A stretch of DNA of 64,000 nt from an uncultured delta proteobacterium (GTDB lineage: Bacteria; Myxococcota_A; Polyangia; Fen-1088), in contig CAVTRY010000022.1 in assembly GCA_963737265.1 (NCBI GenBank), positions 288,001 through 352,000 of the forward strand, in the 5' to 3' direction. Shown one piece after another: positions 1 through 12,698 of the stretch (the first letter of the stretch is position 1; the number at the start of each line of letters is the position of its first letter). The translations under genes were made by a program, and so were the position numbers. The notes beneath the pieces are model-generated. The model did no database searches. It worked only from the letters and a program-made list of their open reading frames with translations, and was not told the origin of the DNA.

Positions 1-1
1 G

Positions 2-640
2 TCGCGGCCGATGTTGGCCCTGCTCAAGCAGTGCTACCGATTGTCCGGAAACTGGGGCGTCGCCATCATCCTGCTGACAATTTTCGTCCGCTTGGTCACC
101 TTCTATCCGACCCACCGGACTCTCGTTTCGGCGAAGAAGATGCAGGGCCTGTCCGACAAGATCGCGGTCCTGCGCAAGAAACACGAGAACGACAAGCAGA
201 AGCTGGGCGTCGAAACCATGAACCTGTACAAGGCGCATGGCGTGTCTCCCTTTGGCGGATGCCTGCCGAGCCTCATCCAGATGCCGATCTGGATCGCTCT
301 CTTCTCCACGCTCAACTACGCCGTGGAGCTGCACCACTCGTCGTTCTTCTGGTACATCACCGACCTCTCGGCCAAGGATCCTTATTACTTAGCGCCGCTG
401 CTCATGGGCTCGGTGATGTTCCTGCAGATGCGCATGTCGCCGCCGGGTACCGACCCGCAGCAGCAGAAGATGATGTCGGTGATGATGCCGGTCATGTTCA
501 CCGGCTTCTCGCTCTTCCTGCCCGCCGGCCTTTCCATCTACACGCTCACGAGCTATCTCATCGGCATTCTGCAGCAGCTGTTCGTCAACCGCTTGTTCCG
601 CGCCAGCCGTCGCAGCGTGGTGGTTGCGGCCAAACCCTAA
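2..640 (+). CDS. yidC: Membrane protein insertase YidC, C-terminal part (runs off the window start)
   Basis: NWGVAIILLTIFVR, GGCLPSLIQMPIWIAL, DLSAKDPYY and LPAGLSIY are typical YidC transmembrane motifs. Confidence 0.95.
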   Translation, partial: SRPMLALLKQCYRLSGNWGVAIILLTIFVRLVTFYPTHRTLVSAKKMQGLSDKIAVLRKKHENDKQKLGVETMNLYKAHGVSPFGGCLPSLIQMPIWIALFSTLNYAVELHHSSFFWYITDLSAKDPYYLAPLLMGSVMFLQMRMSPPGTDPQQQKMMSVMMPVMFTGFSLFLPAGLSIYTLTSYLIGILQQLFVNRLFRASRRSVVVAAKP

Positions 641-685
641 GCTTGCGCGGGCGGGCGCGGTTGCGCACGCTCCCCCGGGCCTTCG

Positions 686-1301
686 ATGCGCATTCGCCAG
701 CACGTCAATCCCCTTCGCGCCGACTACCTTCAGATCGAGGTCGAGCGACTCGACCTGCCACCGACCCGACCTGTGGAAGTCGAGCTGGGTTCGGCGGAGG
801 CCTACTTTCTCATGGATCGGGCCGCGGAAGATCCCGAACGCAGCTACGTCGGCGTGGAGATCCGTCGCGAGCTGGTGGGAGAGGCCAATGCGCTATGTGC
901 TCGAACAAGGGCTCGGTCAAGTCCACAGCGTGTTCGCCAACATGTCCGTGGACCTGGTACGGCTGTTTGCGCCCGCCAGCGTGCATCGCTTCTTCATCAA
1001 TTTTCCCGATCCGTGGTGGAAACAGCGCCAGCGCAAGCGCCGGGTGGTGGGTGAAGATTTGGTCGACCAACTCGCGACCTTGCTGGGCCGAGACGGTGAA
1101 ATACACGTGGCCACCGACATCTTCGATATCGCGCTCGATGCCATGGCCGTGCTCGAGCGCGAGAATCCGCGCCGCTTCCTCAATCTCCACGCGCCCTGGA
1201 GCTTCCTGCGTGCGAGCCAATCTGCCGCACGCTCGCGCCGCGAGCGCTTCTGCGAGGAACACGGCATTCGTATTTGGCGGCTCGCCTACCGCCGCCTTTG
1301 A
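686..1301 (+). CDS. trmB: tRNA (guanine-N7)-methyltransferase TrmB, split by an apparent +1 frameshift at about 895-902
   Basis: N-terminal RIRQHVNP...VEVELGSAEAYFL...GVEIRR lies in one frame and FPDPWWKQRQRKRRVV...HVATD in the next; removing one base joins them. Confidence 0.85.
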
Positions 1302-1311
1302 CCGTCGCTAG

Positions 1312-3312
<2,001 letters not shown>

Positions 3313-3325
3313 AGTTGCGGGCTCG

Positions 3326-3970
3326 ATGACATTGTCGCTTCAAGGCTACTATGCAATTGTCGACGTGAAGGGAACTTCCATTGATGTCGAGGATGTACGA
3401 CGGCACGCTAGCGAGTTGCTCGCCGCCCGCCCGTGTTGCATGCAATTGCGCGCCAAGCAGCTTGGTCTTTCGGTTTTGTGCGATCTTGGACGTGCCCTGC
3501 GTCTCTTATGCACGAAGCACCAGGTTCCCTTGTGCGTGAACGATCGCCTGGACGTGGCGCTGGCTGTCGGTGCCGACGTCATCCATCTTGGCCAGAACGA
3601 CCTGCCGCTCGCCGAGGCTTTGCGCGTGCGCTGCGCCGCTCGGGCTGAACATCTTAGCATCGGCATATCGACCCACGACCTCGGTCAAGCCAAGGCGGCT
3701 GCCGCAGGCGGCGCGGACTACATCGGTTTTGGTCCCGTGTTTCCCACCCAGTCCAAGACCGACGCCGATCCAGCCGTGGGCCTCGTGGCGTTGCGAGAGG
3801 CCACAGTGACTGTAACGATCCCGGTCGTGGCCATCGGCGGAATCACGCTCGACACGGTCGAAGAGGTCGCGCGCGCGGGAGCCAGCGCGGCCGCAGTGAT
3901 CGCCGCCGTCGACGGGGCAGCCGACCGCACCCTTGCCGGCCGGCGCATCGGCCTCGCCTTTCGCTCCTGA
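3326..3970 (+). CDS. thiE: Thiamine-phosphate synthase
   Basis: [37 protein letters not shown]; start taken at the ATG at 3326. Confidence 0.93.
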   Translation: MTLSLQGYYAIVDVKGTSIDVEDVRRHASELLAARPCCMQLRAKQLGLSVLCDLGRALRLLCTKHQVPLCVNDRLDVALAVGADVIHLGQNDLPLAEALRVRCAARAEHLSIGISTHDLGQAKAAAAGGADYIGFGPVFPTQSKTDADPAVGLVALREATVTVTIPVVAIGGITLDTVEEVARAGASAAAVIAAVDGAADRTLAGRRIGLAFRS

Positions 3971-3985
3971 TTCAGCTTGGCTAGA

Positions 3986-5293
3986 CTAGGCTTTCACGGC
4001 CAGCACGAACTTAAGGTAGTTTCCCTCGGAGAATCCGGGGTTCACGGGGAAGTCGGCGGGAAGGCCGTGGCGCTCGATGATGCGCAGGTCGTGCCCGAAG
4101 GCGGCTGCACCCTCGGCCATCGCCCGATCGACATCGACGGCCGATAGTTTCGCCGCGTTGGTGGCGAAGGCGAGCAGTCCTCCTGGCGCCAATACCGACG
4201 CCGCGGCGCCGGCAAGATGCCCCAGATCGGAGGTGGCTGCGAAGGGACGGCCCTGGCTTTGCGCATGGGAAAACGTCGGCGGATCGCACACGACGAGATC
4301 GAACAATCGCTTGCGGTCGGCGAATCGTTCCAGCGTCTTCATCGCGTCCGCCGTGATCTGCTCCATGCGAGCCGGGTCGAGACCAGAAAGCTCGTAGTTG
4401 CGCCGGGCGCGCGCGTGGGCCTTGGCAGATGTGTCGACCGCGACGACCTCGGAAGCGCCGGCCTTGGCGGCGCGTACCGAAAACGCGCCGGTGTAGGAAA
4501 ACAGGTTCAGCACGCGGCGCTCGGCGGCGCGCGCGGCGACCGCATTGCGGCCGAGACGCATGTCCGGATAGAAGCCCACGCCAAGGGGAGCCGTGACGTC
4601 CACGGCGAAACGACAATCCTCCTCTTCGACGACGATCTCCAGTGGCGCTTCTTCGCCCGCCGCCCTGACCGCCGGCTCGGGCGCCGCTTGTCCGCCGAGT
4701 GGACGCAGCCGCCGCTGGTCGTAGATTCCGCGCGGCGCAACCGATGCCGTGATCGCTTCGTGGAGCTCTTCGCGCCATGGCAGAGCGCCTGCGGACAGCC
4801 ACTGCACCACCACGAAGTCGCCGTAGCGGTCGACCGTGACGCCCGGCAGTCCCTCGTTTTCCCCCGAAAAGAGGCGCAGCGCAGTGGGACGGTGGGCGCC
4901 AAGGATCTGCCAACGGAGCTGCACGGCGCGCAAGAAACGCGCGGCGATGACGCCAGCCCCCGGGTGGATATGCTCCTCCGCGCTGCGTGTGAGGATGCGC
5001 ACTGCGACGGGGTGATCGCTATCGACGTAGCCGCGCGCTAGGAAAACTCGATTGTTGGCCACCAAATCAACCAGGGAGCCGGTCTGCTCCGTAACTTTGC
5101 GCGGGCCAAAGGCGTCCCTAAAAACCCAGGGATGTCCCAGGCGGACGCGACGGGCGATGTCTTCCGGCAACCTGTACATTCCTTGGCGCATCGCCATTCC
5201 CGCGTTGGATCGAGCGGGCGGTTGAGGCACGGGACGTTGCTCGCGATTCGTAGGGGCATTGCGGCGAGGCGGACGGCGGTCTTGGTTGGGCAT
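3986..5293 (-). CDS. Class I SAM-dependent rRNA methyltransferase (RlmI/RlmK-like)
   Basis: GHPWVF PUA-like start, GLPGVTVDRYG, VLNLFSYTGAFS, DPPTFS, YLK. Confidence 0.88.
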   Translation of the reverse strand: MPNQDRRPPRRNAPTNREQRPVPQPPARSNAGMAMRQGMYRLPEDIARRVRLGHPWVFRDAFGPRKVTEQTGSLVDLVANNRVFLARGYVDSDHPVAVRILTRSAEEHIHPGAGVIAARFLRAVQLRWQILGAHRPTALRLFSGENEGLPGVTVDRYGDFVVVQWLSAGALPWREELHEAITASVAPRGIYDQRRLRPLGGQAAPEPAVRAAGEEAPLEIVVEEEDCRFAVDVTAPLGVGFYPDMRLGRNAVAARAAERRVLNLFSYTGAFSVRAAKAGASEVVAVDTSAKAHARARRNYELSGLDPARMEQITADAMKTLERFADRKRLFDLVVCDPPTFSHAQSQGRPFAATSDLGHLAGAAASVLAPGGLLAFATNAAKLSAVDVDRAMAEGAAAFGHDLRIIERHGLPADFPVNPGFSEGNYLKFVLAVKA

Positions 5294-5464
5294 TGAAAAT
5301 CGACCTGGGGCGACAGAGTGGGAGGCAACCTTAGTATGCGGTTATCCTCTGTCAAAGGTGAGAAGCGTATGTCAGGGATTGACTTTGCGACCCACCAACA
5401 AGAAACTCCCTCCACCCCCATGCCTTGTCGCACACGCGGCGGGGCTACAGAAAGGATTCTCTCA

Positions 5465-6523
5465 ATGTCGACTGGTCCCGGGCCGACACGCAAGGCTGGC
5501 GGATCCCGCGAAGCATCCGCCAACGAAGGCTCTCACCATCCTGGCAAGGACGAGGCGCCAAAAGAGAATGTCGATAGCGAACCGATTCTCGACGACGGAC
5601 TCGACGTGATGTTGGAGACGCCCGGGCCCGTGCTCGTCAACTCTTTCCTACCTCCGCCGCCTTCGCCGACTCCCGGCGCGCCGGAAGAGGAAGGCGACAG
5701 CGTGGAAGAGCCGGAGTCCTCGACCAATCTGGCCTACGAAGACCTGCTCGCCAAGCTTGTCCTTCCGGCCAAGGCGTCGGAGCCTGAACCGGCGCTATCG
5801 GTTCCGGTAAGTCCGCTACCGTCGCCGGACCCCATTCTCGCGGTCGAGCCGGTCAAGCGTCCGTCGTCGCCGAGCTTTCTCGTGGCGCCGCCCACGGATG
5901 AACGGACCTTGGTGACCGAGAACCCTTTGCTTGCCGAAGAGCAGGAAGCGGCGGTCCGCGAAGGGCGCACAGGATCGAGGGACATCCCACACGTCATTCA
6001 CCAAGAGATGCGCGCGGCTCTTACCGAACCTGTGAGCAGCGGTGCGGCCAATTCGAAGCTGCTGTACTTGATGCTAGGCGGTCTGCTGGTCTTGGGTTGT
6101 ATGATTATTGGGGTGTTGGTGTTGAAGCTCTTCATGCCCACGCCCGCGCCGCCGCCTCCCATCGTGATCAGGCCCGCCGTACTGCCGCCGCCCGCGCAGC
6201 CCACCCACGTTGAGCCCTTGCCACCGACCGAGGTCGTGGCACCCGCTGGCGCCCCTCCGAACCCGTCCGCCGCGGCGGCCCCGGCCGAGGTGGAGCAGAA
6301 GACTGCGCCTGGCGCGCCCGAGGAAGCGGCTGCTCCCGAGCCGGCACAATCCAAGGTCCACAAGAGCCCCGCCCGCCCGAAGGTCCCCCGAGCCGCGGTG
6401 GCGAAGCCGGCCGCGGCAGCCAAGCCCGCCGCGCCCGCGAAGGTAGAAAAGCCGGCCCCGTCCAAAGAAAAGAAGGCGGGCAAGTCAGGCGGCCACGGCT
6501 GGGTCGATCCGTTCGACAACTAG
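5465..6523 (+). CDS. Pro/Ala-rich bitopic membrane protein of unknown function (start uncertain, 5318-5465)
   Basis: Acidic/Pro-rich N-terminus, one hydrophobic helix (LLYLMLGGLLVLGCMIIGVLVL), Pro/Ala/Lys-rich tail ending WVDPFDN. Confidence 0.7.
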   Translation: MSTGPGPTRKAGGSREASANEGSHHPGKDEAPKENVDSEPILDDGLDVMLETPGPVLVNSFLPPPPSPTPGAPEEEGDSVEEPESSTNLAYEDLLAKLVLPAKASEPEPALSVPVSPLPSPDPILAVEPVKRPSSPSFLVAPPTDERTLVTENPLLAEEQEAAVREGRTGSRDIPHVIHQEMRAALTEPVSSGAANSKLLYLMLGGLLVLGCMIIGVLVLKLFMPTPAPPPPIVIRPAVLPPPAQPTHVEPLPPTEVVAPAGAPPNPSAAAAPAEVEQKTAPGAPEEAAAPEPAQSKVHKSPARPKVPRAAVAKPAAAAKPAAPAKVEKPAPSKEKKAGKSGGHGWVDPFDN

Positions 6524-6526
6524 CCG

Positions 6527-6571
6527 CGCGGTCTGCCAAAGGCGGCGGAGCTCGGCGCCGACCGCGTTTTT
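6527..6571 (+). terminator. Possible intrinsic terminator
   Basis: CGCGGTC...GACCGCG stem followed by TTTTT just after the stop; the interior pairs imperfectly. Confidence 0.3.
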
Positions 6572-6710
6572 GACGGTCTGACCTTGCTTAATGCCTGTCC
6601 CCCCCCACACGACGTCTACCCGGGAGGATCTTGCCTCGACGTCGGCCCACTGTTACGATCTTGACCACTTAAGGAGCCGCTCGCATCTGTCGACGGTTCG
6701 CAGAGGTAAC

Positions 6711-8408
6711 ATGAGTCGACTTGGGGAGCTGCTGCTTCGGGACCAAATCATCTCGCCCGAGCAGCTACAGCGCGCGCAGGAAGAGAGCAAGAAGTCGGGC
6801 GAGCGCCTGGGGAATACCCTCGTCAAGGTTGGGGCGATTCAAGAGGACGATCTCACCCAGTTCCTGTCCAAGCAGTACGGCGTCCCGGCCATCAACCTGG
6901 CCGAATTCGACATCGACAGAGACGTGATCTCCTTGGTGCCGAAGGAAGTTGTCGAACGCCATCGCGTGATTCCGGTCAACCGCGCCGGCTCGTCCTTGAT
7001 CATCGCCATCGCCGATCCTTCCAACATTCTCGCCATCGACGACCTCAAGTTCGTCACCGGCTACAACATCGAGGTCGTGGTCGCGTCTGAAGTCAGCATC
7101 ACGCAGGCCATCGAAAAATACTACGAGCGCCAGGCCGACGTCGATCTCGACCAGGTGATGAACGAGATCCAGGAGCAGGTCGAGGTGGGCGCCTCCGCCG
7201 AGGAGGACGTCAACACCCTCGATTTGGAACGCGCCGCGGACGATGCGCCGGTGGTCAAGCTGTGCAACCACATCCTGCTCTCCGCCATTCAGAAGGGCGC
7301 CTCGGATATTCACGTCGAGCCCTACGAAAAGAGCTACCGCGTGCGCTTCCGTATCGACGGTGTGTTGCACGAGGAGATGTCGCCGCCGACGAAATTGAAG
7401 GCGGCGCTGTCGAGCCGTCTCAAGATCATGTCCCACCTCGACATTGCCGAGCGGCGACTGCCCCAGGACGGGCGCATCAAGCTGAAGGTCGGCGTGAACA
7501 AGGAGATGGACTTCCGCGTATCGGTCTTGCCCACTCTGTTCGGCGAGAAAATCGTTCTCCGTCTCCTCGACAAGGGCAACCTGCAGCTCGACATGACCAA
7601 GCTCGGCTTCGAGGTCGACCAGCTCGGCGATTTCAAGAGCGCCATCGAATCGCCCTTCGGTATGGTGTTGGTCACCGGACCCACCGGGTCGGGCAAGACC
7701 ACGACGCTCTACTCGGCGCTGTCCGAGCTCAACAAGATATCCGACAACATCTGCACCGCCGAGGATCCAGTCGAGTTCAACTTGGCCGGTATCAACCAGG
7801 TGCAAATGCACGAAGATATCGGACTCAACTTCGCCGCGGCCTTGCGCTCGTTCCTGCGCCAGGATCCCGACATCATCATGATCGGCGAGATCCGCGATTT
7901 CGAGACCGCCGAAATCGGCATCAAGGCTGCGCTCACCGGCCACCTCGTGCTGTCCACCTTGCACACCAACGACGCACCGTCGACCATTACCCGCTTGCTC
8001 AACATGGGCGTCGAGCCGTTCTTGGTGACCGCGGCCGTGCAACTGGTGCAGGCGCAGCGCCTCGTGCGTAAGATCTGCGCCAACTGCAAGGTGCCGATCC
8101 CGACGCCCAAGGATGAGCTCAAGACCCTCGGAACCACCGATGCGGAAATCGACACCGCCGCCTGTCAGCGCGGTGCCGGTTGCCAGGTATGCGGGATGTC
8201 CGGCTACAAGGGACGCGTGGCTCTCTACGAAGTCATGCCGTTTTCCGACCCGCTCAAGGAGCTGGTGTTGCAGGGAGCGGCGGCCGTGGAAATCAAGGCC
8301 GAGGCAGTCCGGCGTGGGATGCGCTCGTTGCGCATGTCGGGCATTCGCAAGATCTGCCAGGGTGTGACCTCCATCGAGGAAGTGGCACGTATCACGGCCG
8401 CCGACTAA
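6711..8408 (+). CDS. pilB: Type IV pilus assembly ATPase PilB with N-terminal MshEN domain
   Basis: RLGELL...RLGNTL N-terminus, ASDIHVEP, GPTGSGKT, EDPVE, LRQDPD, HTND and a Cys4 zinc motif. Confidence 0.96.
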   Translation: MSRLGELLLRDQIISPEQLQRAQEESKKSGERLGNTLVKVGAIQEDDLTQFLSKQYGVPAINLAEFDIDRDVISLVPKEVVERHRVIPVNRAGSSLIIAIADPSNILAIDDLKFVTGYNIEVVVASEVSITQAIEKYYERQADVDLDQVMNEIQEQVEVGASAEEDVNTLDLERAADDAPVVKLCNHILLSAIQKGASDIHVEPYEKSYRVRFRIDGVLHEEMSPPTKLKAALSSRLKIMSHLDIAERRLPQDGRIKLKVGVNKEMDFRVSVLPTLFGEKIVLRLLDKGNLQLDMTKLGFEVDQLGDFKSAIESPFGMVLVTGPTGSGKTTTLYSALSELNKISDNICTAEDPVEFNLAGINQVQMHEDIGLNFAAALRSFLRQDPDIIMIGEIRDFETAEIGIKAALTGHLVLSTLHTNDAPSTITRLLNMGVEPFLVTAAVQLVQAQRLVRKICANCKVPIPTPKDELKTLGTTDAEIDTAACQRGAGCQVCGMSGYKGRVALYEVMPFSDPLKELVLQGAAAVEIKAEAVRRGMRSLRMSGIRKICQGVTSIEEVARITAAD

Positions 8409-8418
8409 GGGAGCAAGT

Positions 8419-9570
<1,152 letters not shown>

Positions 9571-9579
9571 GGAGCCGCC

Positions 9580-10800
9580 ATGGCAGGCAAAATGAGAGCA
9601 TTCATGTGGGAGGCACGTACGCGTAGCGGCGACGTGAAAAAGGGCGTGATGGAGGCCGAGACCGAGGAGGCCGTCCACAACAAGCTCAAGATGCAGCAGC
9701 TTTCGCCGGTTACGGTGAAGAAGCAGCCGATTCAGCTCACCCTTCCCACCATCGGCACTGGCGTCAGCGTCAACGACATCGTCATCTTTACCCGCCTTTT
9801 TGCCACCATGATCGACGCGGGCTTGCCCATCGTGCAGTGTCTTGAAATTCTTTCGTCGCAGGCCGAAAACAAGCGCTTTGGCAAGATCCTCAGCCAGATT
9901 CGCACCAGCGTGGAAGGCGGCCTCACGCTGTCGGATGCCATGCGCCGCTTTCCCAAGGTTTTCGACAATCTCTTCGTCAACCTGGTCGCGGCGGGCGAGG
10001 CGGGCGGTATCCTGGATACGATTCTCCAGCGCCTGTCGCAGTACATGGAGAAGGCGCAGAAGCTGAGGCGACGCGTGAAGGGCGCAATGAGCTATCCACT
10101 CATCGTCCTTTTTATCGCGGGCATCGTCGTCGTCGTTCTTCTCACCAAGGTCATTCCGGTCTTCGAGAGGATGTTCAAGGACTTCGGTGGCGGCAAGCTG
10201 CCCGCTCCCACTCAGCTCGTCATCGACCTTTCCTACTCGATGCGAAACTATCTGCCCTACATCGTGGCCGGTCTCATCGCGCTCTACAGCGGATGGGTGA
10301 TGATCCTAAGAACGCGCCGGGGCCGCTTGGCGTGGGACGGCATGCTGCTCAAACTTCCCATCCTGGGGACGGTTCTGCGCAAGACCGTGGTCGCGCGCTT
10401 CACGCGCACCATGGGCACCCTGCTCTCGTCCGGCGTTCCCATTCTAGACGCCATGGAGATCGTGGGCAAGACCGCGGGCAACGTGGTGGTTCAGGACGGC
10501 ATCATGTTCGTGCGCGCGCGCATCTCGGAAGGCAAGGATATGTCGACACCGCTGATGGAAACCGGCCTCATGCCGCCGATGGTGGTGCAGATGATCAGCG
10601 TCGGCGAGCAGACCGGAGCGCTCGATTCCATGCTCAACAAGATTGCCGATTTCTACGAGGAAGAGGTCGACGTCGCCGTGGCGTCCATGACCAGCATGAT
10701 CGAGCCGCTCATGATGGTGTTTCTTGGTACGGTGGTAGGCGGCTTGGTCATCGCCATGTATCTGCCGATTTTCGAAATGGCCGGCAACATCAAGAGCTAG
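9580..10800 (+). CDS. pilC: Type IV pilus inner-membrane platform protein PilC
   Basis: Two GspF repeats (GEAGGILD, GEQTGALD), MYLPIF end, position after pilBT. Confidence 0.95.
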   Translation: MAGKMRAFMWEARTRSGDVKKGVMEAETEEAVHNKLKMQQLSPVTVKKQPIQLTLPTIGTGVSVNDIVIFTRLFATMIDAGLPIVQCLEILSSQAENKRFGKILSQIRTSVEGGLTLSDAMRRFPKVFDNLFVNLVAAGEAGGILDTILQRLSQYMEKAQKLRRRVKGAMSYPLIVLFIAGIVVVVLLTKVIPVFERMFKDFGGGKLPAPTQLVIDLSYSMRNYLPYIVAGLIALYSGWVMILRTRRGRLAWDGMLLKLPILGTVLRKTVVARFTRTMGTLLSSGVPILDAMEIVGKTAGNVVVQDGIMFVRARISEGKDMSTPLMETGLMPPMVVQMISVGEQTGALDSMLNKIADFYEEEVDVAVASMTSMIEPLMMVFLGTVVGGLVIAMYLPIFEMAGNIKS

Positions 10801-10836
10801 TTCCGCCCGGTTCGCGATTGGCTCGCTAGAATTTCT

Positions 10837-12621
10837 TTGCCTAACCCAGGAGCCGGTGTGACAAAGGATCCAGGACCGTCGGCCGATGCGCCAGCGCCCC
10901 CAGCGGTCGGTGACCAGGCCGCGCAACGCCCACTTTCCCCGCTCGTTCTCATGGGTGCTGAACCGTCCGCTAGCCAGAGAACCAGGCCGCGGGCGGAGGC
11001 GCTGCGCATCGTTACCTACCTCATGCTCGTTCGCACCGGGCTGGCTACCGTGCTCATGCTGGCCGTGGTCGTCTTGGCGTGGACGATGGGCGCGCCCGAG
11101 GCGCTCTCGGGTCCCTTCGGTCGATTCGTGTTTGGCCTGCTCGCTACGACCTACTTGGCAAGCCTGGCCTACGCCGTCAGCCTGAAGCGCATCCAAGATC
11201 CGGTTCGCTTCGCCGATATCCAAATCGGCGTCGACCTGGTCCTCGTGACCTTGCTCATCCACGCTACGGGCGGCGCTCAAAGCGGCTTTACCTTTCTTTA
11301 CCTCGTCGATGTCGTCGCGGTCTCGTCCCTTCCCAAGGGCTTCGGCGCGGCCAGCGTGTCGCTCGCCAGCGCGCTGCTCTATCTCGGCATCTCGCTGCTT
11401 GGGTATTTGAGGATTCTTCCCCCCATCACCGGGCAAACGGTCTTTCCGTGGGATCTCACGCGTGAGGAATTCGTATTCCGAGCGGTGATGTTCCTCGGTG
11501 GCTTGGTGTCGGTGGGTTCGCTCGGCGTGGGCCTGGCCCGACAACGGCGCAAGGCCGGCGAGCGCCTGGCCGTGCACCAGCAAATGGTGGGCGATCTTGC
11601 GTCGCTACACCAAAACACGATTCGTTGCCTGTCGTCCGGCCTCGTCACCACCACCCTCGATGGAACGATCACGACGATCAACGACGCGGCTTGCGAGATT
11701 TTGGGAGTCGCACACGCGCCGCCTGTCGGTCACAAGCTGGCGCATCACATCCCGGGTCTCGATGTGGTGTTGGCTAAGGCGGGGGCGCTCGGCCGCGTGC
11801 TGCGCGATGAAGTGGATGCGGTTCGCGCCGACGGAGCCCTGCGGCGGCTGGGACTATCCGCAACGCCACTTTCCGACCACACCGGCAATGTCATCGGCCG
11901 CGTGATTCACTTTCAGGATCTGACGGATCTGCGCCGGATGGAGCAGGCCGTGGCGCGCGCCGAGCACCTGGCCGGCATCGGCCGCCTGGCCGCCAACATC
12001 GCTCACGAGATCCGCAACCCCTTGGCCAGCATTTCGGGCTCGGTCGAAGTGCTCAAGGCTTCGGCGGGCGTGAACGCCGAAACCCGCAATCTCGTCGACA
12101 TCGCCGTGCGTGAGGTCGACCGGGTCAATGCGCTCATCACCAATCTGCTCAACTACGCACGGCCGCACGCCGAGGATCGGCAGCGCCTCGATCTTGGCGA
12201 GATGGTGACCGAGATTGCGAAAATGTTCGAACAGGAACGACGCACAGCGCAGGTGCGCCTGCAACTACGCGCGCAGACCGGCGTGTGGGTCGAGGTCGCC
12301 TCCGGCCAGATGCACCAAGTGCTGTGGAATCTCCTGCGCAATGCCGTCGAGGCCATGCCGCAGGGTGGGACGATCCATCTTGCGGCCGTGCGCAAGAGCA
12401 CCGTTCCAGCGGAAGCCATTCTCATGGTTCGCGACACCGGCGTGGGCATCGCGAAGGAGGATGTGGACCACATCTTCGAGCCATTTTTCTCGCGTAAATC
12501 GGGCGGAACCGGATTGGGGCTCGCCACCACTGCCCGCATCGTCGAGGATCACAAGGGCACCATCGAGGTCCTAAGCGAGCGCGGCAAGGGAACCACCTTC
12601 ACCATCCGACTTCCTGCCTAG
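10837..12621 (+). CDS. pilS: Membrane sensor histidine kinase PilS
   Basis: Multi-TM N-terminus with TGG motif, PAS-like region, AHEIRNPL H-box, NLLRNA, DTGVG, GTGLGL; follows pilC. Confidence 0.88.
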   Translation: MPNPGAGVTKDPGPSADAPAPPAVGDQAAQRPLSPLVLMGAEPSASQRTRPRAEALRIVTYLMLVRTGLATVLMLAVVVLAWTMGAPEALSGPFGRFVFGLLATTYLASLAYAVSLKRIQDPVRFADIQIGVDLVLVTLLIHATGGAQSGFTFLYLVDVVAVSSLPKGFGAASVSLASALLYLGISLLGYLRILPPITGQTVFPWDLTREEFVFRAVMFLGGLVSVGSLGVGLARQRRKAGERLAVHQQMVGDLASLHQNTIRCLSSGLVTTTLDGTITTINDAACEILGVAHAPPVGHKLAHHIPGLDVVLAKAGALGRVLRDEVDAVRADGALRRLGLSATPLSDHTGNVIGRVIHFQDLTDLRRMEQAVARAEHLAGIGRLAANIAHEIRNPLASISGSVEVLKASAGVNAETRNLVDIAVREVDRVNALITNLLNYARPHAEDRQRLDLGEMVTEIAKMFEQERRTAQVRLQLRAQTGVWVEVASGQMHQVLWNLLRNAVEAMPQGGTIHLAAVRKSTVPAEAILMVRDTGVGIAKEDVDHIFEPFFSRKSGGTGLGLATTARIVEDHKGTIEVLSERGKGTTFTIRLPA

Positions 12622-12656
12622 GGATTGGAATTTTCGCGCAAGCTCACGCGCCGAGG

Positions 12657-12685
12657 TTGTCCATCCGGCCGACTCTCACTAAACT
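12657..12685 (+). promoter_or_regulatory. Putative sigma70 promoter of the HelD-like gene
   Basis: TTGTCC-N17-TAAACT, 13 nt before the in-frame GTG at 12699. Confidence 0.45.
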
Positions 12686-12698
12686 AAACGGCTTTGTC

